Source of the DNA: an uncultured Rivularia sp.
Lineage (GTDB): Bacteria > Cyanobacteriota > Cyanobacteriia > Cyanobacteriales > Nostocaceae
Assembly: GCA_963665115.1 (NCBI GenBank)
Contig: OY762007.1
Span: 224,001-288,000, forward strand
DNA: 64,000 nt
Direction of reading: 5' to 3'
In this document: positions 54,919-63,629 of the stretch, one piece after another
Numbering within the stretch: position 1 is the first letter of the stretch
Layout: the number at the start of each line of letters is the position of its first letter
Program-made: the position numbers and the translations under genes
The notes under the pieces: model-generated
Database searches by the model: none
Told to the model about the DNA's origin: nothing
What the model saw: the letters and a program-made list of their open reading frames with translations, nothing else

Positions 54919-56181
54919 TCACTCAGTCACAGCACAATACCGATATCCATATTCTTCTTCATCATGCTCGTCATTTTGCTTCTCTGCTAACAATTGACAA
55001 TTAAGCGTAGACAAATCATCAACCATTTCATCTGATAAACGAGCTTCGGAAACGTTAAGAATATCAAGCTCGTTTACCGCTGCACAACTAAGCAAAATTT
55101 CCGCACCTTCATCACTCAAATTTCCCAAAGATAGATCGAGTACGCTAATCGTTTCAATTAAAGGAGATTTAATTACAGCTGCTGCAATATCATCCGCAAA
55201 TTGACTGTTACGCAATCCTAAATAATTCAAATCGGGAAATACTAAATCTTTAACAATCGGTTTTACGTCTACAACCGTACAATCTCCACCATAGTTGTCG
55301 CTACCAAACCATAATTCTAAATGCTCTAATGCTGGGAGATTCATGTTGCAAATTTGAGCAACTGCTTGAGGCTCTAATCCCCCAGTTTCTACAATTAGCG
55401 TTTGTAAATTGTTGTGTCGCACTGGTGCATTGAATTGTAATCGCTCTCCCCCGCGTATTTGCAATACTTCTAATTGAGGATAAGCTCTCAAAATCGGACT
55501 TACATCTCCTTGTGCAATCCAAGATATTTCGCTTTCTTCGTAGTGAATGTCACCAATAAATATGGCTTTTAAGTTAGTTAATTTATCCTTAGCATCGACA
55601 AGCCCATCAACGATTTCATTGCTACCAATTTCCCTATCATCACTCCACAAACCAATAATCAAAGCTTCTAATTGACTGGCTCGCGAATCTTGCAAAATAC
55701 TTGTAATTTGTTCTGCTATGGAAGGGCGACTACCATCCCAATCCCATCGTAAAGCATAAGCTGTATTCGCAGCGTCTTCAATCCCAACTTCCGAAGAATA
55801 ATCAACAACCTGACGATTAGCAAACCGCTCGGCGTGCAACCCTTTATACCCCCTATATCCCTGCAATCGCTCAAATAAATCCCAAGGTTGATATTCTCGC
55901 AACGCTTGCTTAACCTTTGCTTCTTCTCTACGTCGCAATAACTTATAAGCATGACGCTGTAATATCTTCGGTTTATTTTGCAATGCTTGAATCACCAACT
56001 CCAAACCAACTTCTTGATAGTTAAGAGCATCGGTAAGCGCTGCCAATTTTACGTCTGCTACCGGATTCGATAACCTACGCTTTATCCCCTCAATTCCACC
56101 TAACACCGCACCATGAATCGGAGGTGGAGATTGTCCCCCCAAGACAGCATCATATTTTCCCGGTTGTTGATTCTCTGGCAT
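54919..56181 (-). CDS. N-terminal VLGG/HEAT-like module plus the most canonical STM4015-like LRR protein
   Basis: QPGKYDAVLGG..GAVLGGIEGIKRR; LEALIIGLW, FIGDI..EESEISWI.QGDV, LIVETGGL, LELWFG...YGG; ends RYCAVTE. Confidence 0.87.
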   Translation of the reverse strand: MPENQQPGKYDAVLGGQSPPPIHGAVLGGIEGIKRRLSNPVADVKLAALTDALNYQEVGLELVIQALQNKPKILQRHAYKLLRRREEAKVKQALREYQPWDLFERLQGYRGYKGLHAERFANRQVVDYSSEVGIEDAANTAYALRWDWDGSRPSIAEQITSILQDSRASQLEALIIGLWSDDREIGSNEIVDGLVDAKDKLTNLKAIFIGDIHYEESEISWIAQGDVSPILRAYPQLEVLQIRGGERLQFNAPVRHNNLQTLIVETGGLEPQAVAQICNMNLPALEHLELWFGSDNYGGDCTVVDVKPIVKDLVFPDLNYLGLRNSQFADDIAAAVIKSPLIETISVLDLSLGNLSDEGAEILLSCAAVNELDILNVSEARLSDEMVDDLSTLNCQLLAEKQNDEHDEEEYGYRYCAVTE

Positions 56182-56855
56182 GACACTCTTTTTAGAACTA
56201 CTGCTATTAGATTTCCCAAAAATGGTGATCGCTTATACATCTGCTGACATTTTTACCCGTCACCATTTGTAATTTAATCCTAGAAAATAGGATAGTACAT
56301 TAGTTCTATAAAAGAAACCCCCTAATGTAGAGACGTAGCACTGCTACGTCTCCCCGCATTTCTGGTTGTATCGATAATTCCTTCAAATGCGGTAAAAGGA
56401 AATGTCATATATAGACAACCTAATACCTAAGAAAGACGTTGCACTGCAACGTCTCTACATTGGTTATCTGTATTTATTTAGGACATTGGTTATCTGTAGT
56501 TATTTACGACATCTGAATCACACCACAAGCAAGACGACTACCTGCATCACCGCTTGGCTGGGATTTCAAATCGTCTGCTCCTGAATGGACGATAACGGCT
56601 TTACCTACTATGGAGTTATTTATTTGGATAGATGTTCATGACTAAATGTAAAGGATTAAAGGAAAACTCGAACTTAGTTTGCTGCCGATAGGTGAGTGTT
56701 AAGTTAAAGATAGTATTTATTGGTAAAAATAATCTTACCTTAATCAGAGTTTTACCCGTATTGTTCTCAAATTATATAAAAAAAATGAATCAATCTCGAA
56801 TTAGTCTCTCTTAGTGATAGGATGTTACCTCGATGTTTATTCTTTGAAATAAATC

Positions 56856-57368
56856 ATGGCTAAGAATACTCTTCGTAATTTGTTGATCGGTGCGGGTGTT
56901 GCTGCGGCTGGTGCAATTGGAACCAAGAAAGCAGTAGACTACTTCAAGAATCGTGGAAAAGAAGAAGCACCACCAGAAAGCGAACCCGATGCTGAAGCAC
57001 CCGCAGAAGATGAGGTTGCTTTTGCTTCTGTTGAAGAAAGTTCCGTTCAAGGCTTTTTAGATTCAAGCTTTGGTGACGCAGGGCGTTACGTTCCCAATCG
57101 TCCGCCGAAGATTTTTGAATATCAAGGCGAACAGTACATGGTGATTTGGGCTTACGACAACAAGCAACAGAAAAATCAGATGATGGCTTTCAAGTATACT
57201 GATGCTGGTCGTAAGATGGTTGCCAGTGTTGGATATACTTCCGACAAAACTGATTATAATCTCAGCTTAGATCCAACACCTTTTGCTGTTGAAGTAAATG
57301 GTGATAAGTTGCAATCAGGGCAGTCTACAACTGCTGGTACTAATGATGTGGATTTTGTTCTAGCTTGA
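56856..57368 (+). CDS. Hypothetical membrane-anchored protein
   Basis: 170-aa ORF, N-terminal Gly/Ala hydrophobic helix, acidic linker, followed by a hairpin. Confidence 0.75.
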   Translation: MAKNTLRNLLIGAGVAAAGAIGTKKAVDYFKNRGKEEAPPESEPDAEAPAEDEVAFASVEESSVQGFLDSSFGDAGRYVPNRPPKIFEYQGEQYMVIWAYDNKQQKNQMMAFKYTDAGRKMVASVGYTSDKTDYNLSLDPTPFAVEVNGDKLQSGQSTTAGTNDVDFVLA

Positions 57369-57404
57369 TTAAGTTAAAACAAAATTAGATTTTTGAACAA
57401 ATTC

Positions 57405-57445
57405 TAAAAACCCGGTTTTTCAGAAAAACCGGGTTTCTAATTTTT
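57405..57445. terminator. Hairpin AAACCCGGTTT...AAACCGGGTTT (terminator-like; similar at 2512-2578 and 22668-22700)
   Basis: Strong inverted repeat right after a stop codon, recurring. Confidence 0.6.
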
Positions 57446-57857
57446 AGAAATAATTTCGGAATTATTGTTATCACCAATATCGATCATAAATCAAACACTC
57501 TTAATAAATATTTTCTTTCTCATCCTATCGCCAGAGAAATATTGTAAGAAATAATTAAATATTACTTCTATAGAAGGAGCAATATTTGTAGTATTAAGCG
57601 CTAAATTTTAATCAGTGAATAGAATACTTGTAAAAGTGTCAAGGGTTAGCGGTATCAGAGCTACTGTTGATACGGGTTAATTTATAGCACATCACGCTTA
57701 AATAATACACGTAAATATTTTTAGTTGTGAAGTGAGCTATTTTCTTAACGACTCAATAGTTTCGCAAGCAATTATATCGTCCTCGTCTTGCCGTTTATCT
57801 GTTATTTACCTTTAACGCTTTTACTGCCCTCCGTAAATTTAAAAGAGAGAAGAACAC

Positions 57858-58307
57858 ATGGCTAATCCACTTGAAAATATCATTCCAAACCAATCTTCTG
57901 TAACTCAGAAGAAGTCCGACGCTCACACCCTAAAGTCTCGTTTGGAGTGGGGTGAGCCTGCATTTACCATTCTCGACGTGCGCGATCGCCCAACCTACAA
58001 TGACGGTCACATCATGGGCGCTGTATCAATGTCGATGGATGGTTTAGGTGATACAGCAGCGGAAAGTTTAGCTAAAACTCGTGATATCTACGTTTACGGC
58101 ACTAGCGATGATGATACTACTCAAGCCGCACAAGCTTTGAGAAGTAAAGGTTTTGAAAATGTATCCGAGCTAAAAGGTGGACTTGCTGCATGGAAAGCAA
58201 TCGGCGGCCCTACTGAAGGTATTGTAGAATCAAGAACTCCTGTTGGTAAGGATGACTTAAACGTCGTCGATAGAATGAAAGACCAAGCAGAAAATATGAA
58301 CAAGTAA
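57858..58307 (+). CDS. Rhodanese-domain protein (no catalytic Cys)
   Basis: ILDVR, GHIMGA, IYVYG, LKGGLAAWKAIG. Confidence 0.88.
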   Translation: MANPLENIIPNQSSVTQKKSDAHTLKSRLEWGEPAFTILDVRDRPTYNDGHIMGAVSMSMDGLGDTAAESLAKTRDIYVYGTSDDDTTQAAQALRSKGFENVSELKGGLAAWKAIGGPTEGIVESRTPVGKDDLNVVDRMKDQAENMNK

Positions 58308-58382
58308 GTCTATTTTTGATTTAATGGTTCGTAGTAAGGACTTTAGTCCTTTAATTTAGGATTTAAGTCCTTACTATGAACC

Positions 58383-59012
58383 TTAATGCTCAAATAAACC
58401 CTGGAACTGTAATAAATCCAACTGCACTATTGTTGGTAAGCATTTGAAACAATCCTCAGCTAATTGCAATCTCTCTTCACGTTCGAGCATTTCTATCAAC
58501 TTTCGCCGAATACTTACCAAATAACGCACGTCGTTAGCGGCATAACTTAGCTGAGCATCGGATAAATTTTCAGCGTTACCCCAATCGGAAGATTGAGCGC
58601 TTTTATCGAGTTCTACTTCTTCCAATTGCATCACCAATTCTTTAAGCCCGTGTCTGGGAGTATAGGTACGAACTAATTTACTGGCAATCTTGGTGCAGAA
58701 AACCGGATTTACGATGATTCCCAGATAATGACGTAACGTTGCCAAGTCAAAACGAGCAAAGTGAAATATTTTGACGACATTATCTGCTTCAAAAAGTTTT
58801 TTCATGTTGGGGGCTTCAGTTTGTCCCTTGGCAATGCGGACAACCGTTACCTTACCTTTATCGTCCGCTATCTGCACCAAGCATAAACGGTCGCGTAAAG
58901 GCAATAATCCCATCGTTTCGGTATCTACAGCAATCGCTTCACACTTGAGATATTCCGAAAGAGTCGAATCATCAAAATCGCGATCGCAAACCTGAAAATC
59001 TTGTAATTCCAT
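58383..59012 (-). CDS. rnd: Ribonuclease D-like DEDD 3'-5' exonuclease
   Basis: AVDTET, FHFARFD, CTKIASKL, DKS.QSSDW, YAANDV. Confidence 0.9.
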   Translation of the reverse strand: MELQDFQVCDRDFDDSTLSEYLKCEAIAVDTETMGLLPLRDRLCLVQIADDKGKVTVVRIAKGQTEAPNMKKLFEADNVVKIFHFARFDLATLRHYLGIIVNPVFCTKIASKLVRTYTPRHGLKELVMQLEEVELDKSAQSSDWGNAENLSDAQLSYAANDVRYLVSIRRKLIEMLEREERLQLAEDCFKCLPTIVQLDLLQFQGLFEH

Positions 59013-59098
59013 GAATCCTTAAAAATCAATGCAGTGTTTGTCGTCTTTAAAATTTCGTCAAACACTACTTTATTATTAAAAAAAATAATAAATCAAAC

Positions 59099-59650
59099 TT
59101 ATCTACTACGAATAAAAATTTGTGTCAAAAAATATTCGTCCTCGCTATTTACGGCAACACCAACCCCGGTTAAGTCATATTTGCCATGAATATTCTTGAG
59201 ATGTGTGGGACTCTCAATCCAACCTTTTACAGCTTCGGCAACCGGATCTTCATACCCAAAGTTGAAAGCAACGTTTTCAGATGCACTGTTATAGCGAATA
59301 AAAGTACCATCAACTCTTTTAGCAAATCCATTATGACTAAACGGGACTCGGTGTTTTGCCATATTCTGGCTGTGAATCCTCGCTTGCTTGGAAATTTTGC
59401 TATCTAGCTTCAACTTTGGCAATTTTTTGGAAACTCGATATTGATTTATTTTGTCAAATATGGACTTTTCCAAATCGGTAGTTTTTACAGTATTAGATAG
59501 CTTAACCGGATGTGACGGAATTAACAATGATTTGTTTGTGGTGGCCTCGCTCGTAGACGTATGACCGGGTACGGGCTTTGTGGCCATAGCACTCGCTAAC
59601 ACAATACTCGTAAAAGCAATGCCAATAATAGTTTTTCGGCTCATGGGCAA
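59099..59650 (-). CDS. CAP/SCP-domain secreted protein
   Basis: INQYR, ARIHS.NMA, SH, SENVA, WIESPTH..NI, TGVGV, TQIF. Confidence 0.9.
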   Translation of the reverse strand: MPMSRKTIIGIAFTSIVLASAMATKPVPGHTSTSEATTNKSLLIPSHPVKLSNTVKTTDLEKSIFDKINQYRVSKKLPKLKLDSKISKQARIHSQNMAKHRVPFSHNGFAKRVDGTFIRYNSASENVAFNFGYEDPVAEAVKGWIESPTHLKNIHGKYDLTGVGVAVNSEDEYFLTQIFIRSR

Positions 59651-60244
59651 TTACATAGTTGATAGTCTCTTCAGACGCTAACTCAGGTTTAATGGTTTCG
59701 TTATATACCCGTATTTTTTTAAGTGTTTTATTATTTAAAGAATCTTTGCACATCCTCTCTCAGCCGTCAAGACTAGTCAATTAAGGTAATTTTTATATGA
59801 TTTTTAGATTAAGCGATTCCAAATTATGAATGAAGACTTTAAAAAGTTTTAATTTATTTAGGCAATTATTCGGACTCAGTATCCGGGTTGTTAATTCGAT
59901 ATTAAAATATTTTGTAATTAGTGATAAATAATACTGAAAAATTAGAACTCAATTTAAAATATGAAAAGCAAAAATTAGTCAAAAAAAATACACTTCACTA
60001 ACTGATAAAAACTTAAAATATAGCGGTTTTTGGTTGAATTCAACATAGAAGATGCTACTACGCAGGCAAACTTTGGCTATGTAGTAGCAGCTTTCATTTG
60101 GATGCAACACAGATTAACCTCTCCTAATATGCGGCTACCGCAGGAGGAGTGTATGAGATTTCGAGTGTATTGGACTCAACTGAAAAGCCCTATAGTGGCA
60201 GCTTGATCCGTAAGATTAAATATATAATTAGATTTTTATCTATT

Positions 60245-60510
60245 TTATGCAATTAGCAAAGGTTGGGGTTGCAGAGTGACTTCTAAAGATCTACCTCTGC
60301 GAATTATCTTCATTTGTAAATTATTGCCGACTCCAGTATTCTCAACTATCTGCTGTATGTCTTTGGCATTTGTTAAAAAACGTTATTTTACAACTTCTTC
60401 TTAAGACTTAGCTGACTGTAAGCTATTATTGGTAGCTAATGATGAATTTTTTAAGCCTGTAGAACAACTGCTTAAAACTGTAGTTCCTACTGCCATTAAA
60501 GTTAATACTA
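60245..60510 (-). pseudogene. Remnant of an HtrA/Deg-like protease (N-terminal signal region fused to the end of a PDZ domain)
   Basis: One frame reads LVLTLMAVGTTVLSSCS...KS*EEVVK*RFLTNAKDIQQIVENTGVGNNLQMKIIRRGRSLEVTLQPQPLLIA*. Confidence 0.55.
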
Positions 60511-60911
60511 AGAATCAATGTAATTTGACATATTTATTCAAAAAATAAATATTAAACAGTATTTTTCTCTTAATTCTGTATAGTTTTGTATTAAACAAAC
60601 TCTATTTTGAGTAAATAAGTGAAAGCAGCATGAGGCAGATTTATTTTTAATCATGACGAAGATCAAAATTGTTTCGCTAATTTATTATTTCCCAGATCCT
60701 TCTTTAGTACTTAAGATTTAATCACGTTCTTTCTGAAGATAGATTTTATTTTTAAAGCTCTATGCTTATCTTTGAGAAGATTTACACTTATAAAGCGATA
60801 TAAACACAGCAATACGCTCTCAAATATTAGATTACGATGGATTTAAAGTAAAATCGGATAGTTTGTTAATCAATCGAAGCTTATATAATCCATGTCAAAC
60901 TTGATAATTCA

Positions 60912-61673
60912 TTGATGATTGCATCATTATTAGCCGCACCCTTAAATTTTATTTCAACCGCAGCAATCGCCATCGGATTAGCTATAGTTCATCTATTTAG
61001 CGGAAAACTGCGCTTTGCTAAATTTCCTCGCAGTCGCTGGTTAAGCGGTGCGGGTGGAGTCTCGGTTGCTTACGTTTTTGTGCATATTCTACCGGAATTA
61101 AGCGAACATCAAGCAGTTTTAGAAGAAGCGGAAAAAGGTATTATTTCTTATTTAGAACACCACAGTTACCTTTTAGCATTATTAGGATTAACCATATTTT
61201 ACGGTTTAGAAAAAATGGCGAGCGAATCTCGCGGAAGTCAAGATAAATCAGGAAAAGGAGACATTACAACCCAAGGAGTCTTTTGGATACACATTGCATC
61301 TTTTGCAATATACAATGCTCTGATTGGTTACTTGTTAATGCATCGAGAAGAGCCAGATATCGAAAATTTGTTGCTATATAGTTTAGCAATGGCACTGCAT
61401 TTTGTTGTCAACGACTTCGGTTTAAGAGAAAATCACAAACATTCTTACGATCGAATCGGACGCTGGATACTAGCAGCAGCAATTATTGTCGGTTGGGTAG
61501 TAGGTAGCGGTACTCAAATCGGAGAAACTGCGATCGCCGTTATTTTTGCTTTTTTAGCAGGAGGAATTATTCTTAATGTATTAAAAGAAGAACTTCCCGA
61601 AGAACGAGAAAGCCGTTTTTGGGCTTTTGGGTTAGGTGCAGCAATTTATAGTGCTTTACTTTTAGCTTTATAA
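60912..61673 (+). CDS. Multi-TM membrane protein, ZIP-transporter-like
   Basis: SGAGGVSVAYVFVHILPEL, YN..IGY, ALHF..ND, AFLAGGI..NVLKEELPE. Confidence 0.7.
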   Translation: MMIASLLAAPLNFISTAAIAIGLAIVHLFSGKLRFAKFPRSRWLSGAGGVSVAYVFVHILPELSEHQAVLEEAEKGIISYLEHHSYLLALLGLTIFYGLEKMASESRGSQDKSGKGDITTQGVFWIHIASFAIYNALIGYLLMHREEPDIENLLLYSLAMALHFVVNDFGLRENHKHSYDRIGRWILAAAIIVGWVVGSGTQIGETAIAVIFAFLAGGIILNVLKEELPEERESRFWAFGLGAAIYSALLLAL

Positions 61674-62022
61674 TTAAACTTTTTGCTTATACTCTTTTTA
61701 ATCTGATTTTATGGATGACAGATTAAGTAAATTAAAAAACCTATGAAAAAGTATCTTACTATCTCTGAGGATACTTGGTATTCTATCTTTAGAAAGAATA
61801 TGAAAATAATAACAAGTATTGCCTTAGCTAGAAGATTTTATTAGAAAAAGTATATATATTGATAACACCAAATCAAATTTATTTTAATCATGATATTGAA
61901 TGTAAATTAATGTTGATTAATCTATTTATAAATAAAAACAAACATTTACTTAAAGAGTTTATAAAAAAATCTGACTGCATCTACTGAATTAACCAATTAA
62001 ATGGAGCATCAAAGAGCTATCC

Positions 62023-62652
62023 GTGCTAAAACAAAAAAGAAATATCAGAACCTGGAAAAAACTTTTGAGCGGCTTTGCAGTTTTAATTCCGTTTCTTCCC
62101 TTAGCTGCTTTTGCAATTCCTAAACGTCCAAATCCTAAACGCAATCCTTGTCCTAAAATTTACTACGAGGAGCCTTACAACAATAAGATATTAGTACCAG
62201 CAGGATGTACCCCGAATGCTGCTACTGCACGTTGGAAAAAAACTGGACAAGCTGTAGATCAATCTATCAATGTAGTAAATCCAGATACAAGCGTCAAGCC
62301 AATACAGCCTCCTATCCCGGAGAATCGCGCTAACGCTATTGCGACTATCAAGCCAATGATGGGTAAAGTCAGCATAATGTTGAAAAACGATACTAATGCT
62401 CGCATTTCCTATCAAGCCGTTACCCATACTCAAGTGAGATATTTAGAAGGTGGAGAAGAAGTCACTTTACGAGATATTCCTACACCTGTGACCATCACTA
62501 TGGTAAGAGAAGATAAAGGACTGTTACGAGTAATGCCGATGTCTACCGAAGAAGACGGTATGTTAACAATTACTTTGGATGAAAAAACCAAATTTGATAA
62601 TAACCAAGGTGTTTTAAGAATTCAGGAAGATGGACAAGTCTTTTTGAACTAA
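62023..62652 (+). CDS. Secreted hypothetical protein
   Basis: Signal peptide (AAFA), NPCP.IYYEEP...VP.GC motif, beta-rich C-terminus. Confidence 0.7.
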   Translation: MLKQKRNIRTWKKLLSGFAVLIPFLPLAAFAIPKRPNPKRNPCPKIYYEEPYNNKILVPAGCTPNAATARWKKTGQAVDQSINVVNPDTSVKPIQPPIPENRANAIATIKPMMGKVSIMLKNDTNARISYQAVTHTQVRYLEGGEEVTLRDIPTPVTITMVREDKGLLRVMPMSTEEDGMLTITLDEKTKFDNNQGVLRIQEDGQVFLN

Positions 62653-62754
62653 TTATCAAAAAGGGTGCAGTTAATTTTTAAAGTGAGGAGAAAAATGGAT
62701 CGAGTTCGTAACGAAAAAGATAACTTTTATTTCAGTAAAAAGCAGGGTGGATTT

Positions 62755-63537
62755 ATGAATAAATTTTTAAGATTTCAGGGTGCAATAGCTTTAAGTATAA
62801 TGGCTTTGGTACTTCCCGCTTGCAGTAACGATGAAGCAAAGGTTCCTGGTACGGGAAATGTTACTACTCAGGAAGTTGCAAATAATGCTGCTGCCTTAGA
62901 TGGTAAAACTGTAACTGTAAGAAGCGAACCTAAAGGAAAAGTTGGTCCCGCTTCCTTTACCGTTGAAGATGAAAAATTCTTTGGTACCGAATCTATTTTA
63001 GTTGTTAATGCTTCCGGAGAACCTTTTGTTTTACCAGAAGATGACGATATAGACATCCAGGTAACGGGTATAGTTCGCAATTTTGTAATTGCAGATGTTG
63101 AAAGTGAATACAATTTAAAATTAGATAAGCAGTACTACGTAGAGTACGAAAATAAACCAGCAATTATCGCTCAGTCGATTGCATTATCTCCCGATCCAGG
63201 TGATATTACTAAGAATCCGGAAAAATATTATAATAAGCGACTTGCAGTAACGGGTGAAGTAGAAGATATTCAGGATGCTAACACCTTCACCCTGGATGAA
63301 GAAAAGTTGTTTGGGGCTACAGATTTGTTAGTTCTTAATCCTAAACCAAAAGTAGTTGTCAAAGACGATGAAGTCGTTGCGGTTACTGGAGTACTTCGTC
63401 CCTTTGTGCTAGCAGACTTTGAACGTGAATACGAGTTAGGTTGGGATTTAAAGCTTAAACAGAAAATAGAAGCTGAGTACGAAACTAAACCTGTATTTGT
63501 AGCTGATAGCGTTTATCCTTCTGCAATTTCCGAATAA
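62755..63537 (+). CDS. Lipoprotein with two tandem OB-fold-like repeats
   Basis: Lipobox LPAC; duplicated unit (G...V.....FT..E.KFFG...LV.N...VTG.(V/L)R.FV.AD.E.EY.L.....EYE.KP...A.S). Confidence 0.72.
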   Translation: MNKFLRFQGAIALSIMALVLPACSNDEAKVPGTGNVTTQEVANNAAALDGKTVTVRSEPKGKVGPASFTVEDEKFFGTESILVVNASGEPFVLPEDDDIDIQVTGIVRNFVIADVESEYNLKLDKQYYVEYENKPAIIAQSIALSPDPGDITKNPEKYYNKRLAVTGEVEDIQDANTFTLDEEKLFGATDLLVLNPKPKVVVKDDEVVAVTGVLRPFVLADFEREYELGWDLKLKQKIEAEYETKPVFVADSVYPSAISE

Positions 63538-63557
63538 TATTGATTTGTTGTTCAAAC

Positions 63558-63589
63558 AAAGGCTGAGATCGAAGTAATCTCAGCCTTTT
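63558..63589 (+). terminator. Rho-independent terminator-like hairpin
   Basis: AAAGGCTGAGAT-CGAAGTA-ATCTCAGCCTTT followed by T-rich sequence. Confidence 0.7.
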
Positions 63590-63629
63590 AACTGTTTTAT
63601 GTTATTTCCCAACTACTATTCCTAAAACA

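Noticed and set aside
33366..56181. Integrated genomic island or prophage at ssrA
   Set aside because: No integrase, phage structural gene or duplicated ssrA 3' end was seen; host-type repeats and HIP1 sites continue through the region.
56457..56512. 26-nt tandem duplication ACATTGGTTATCTGTA.TTATTTA.G upstream of the LRR operon
   Set aside because: Only two units next to a palindromic element; it could be an operator but there is no supporting evidence.
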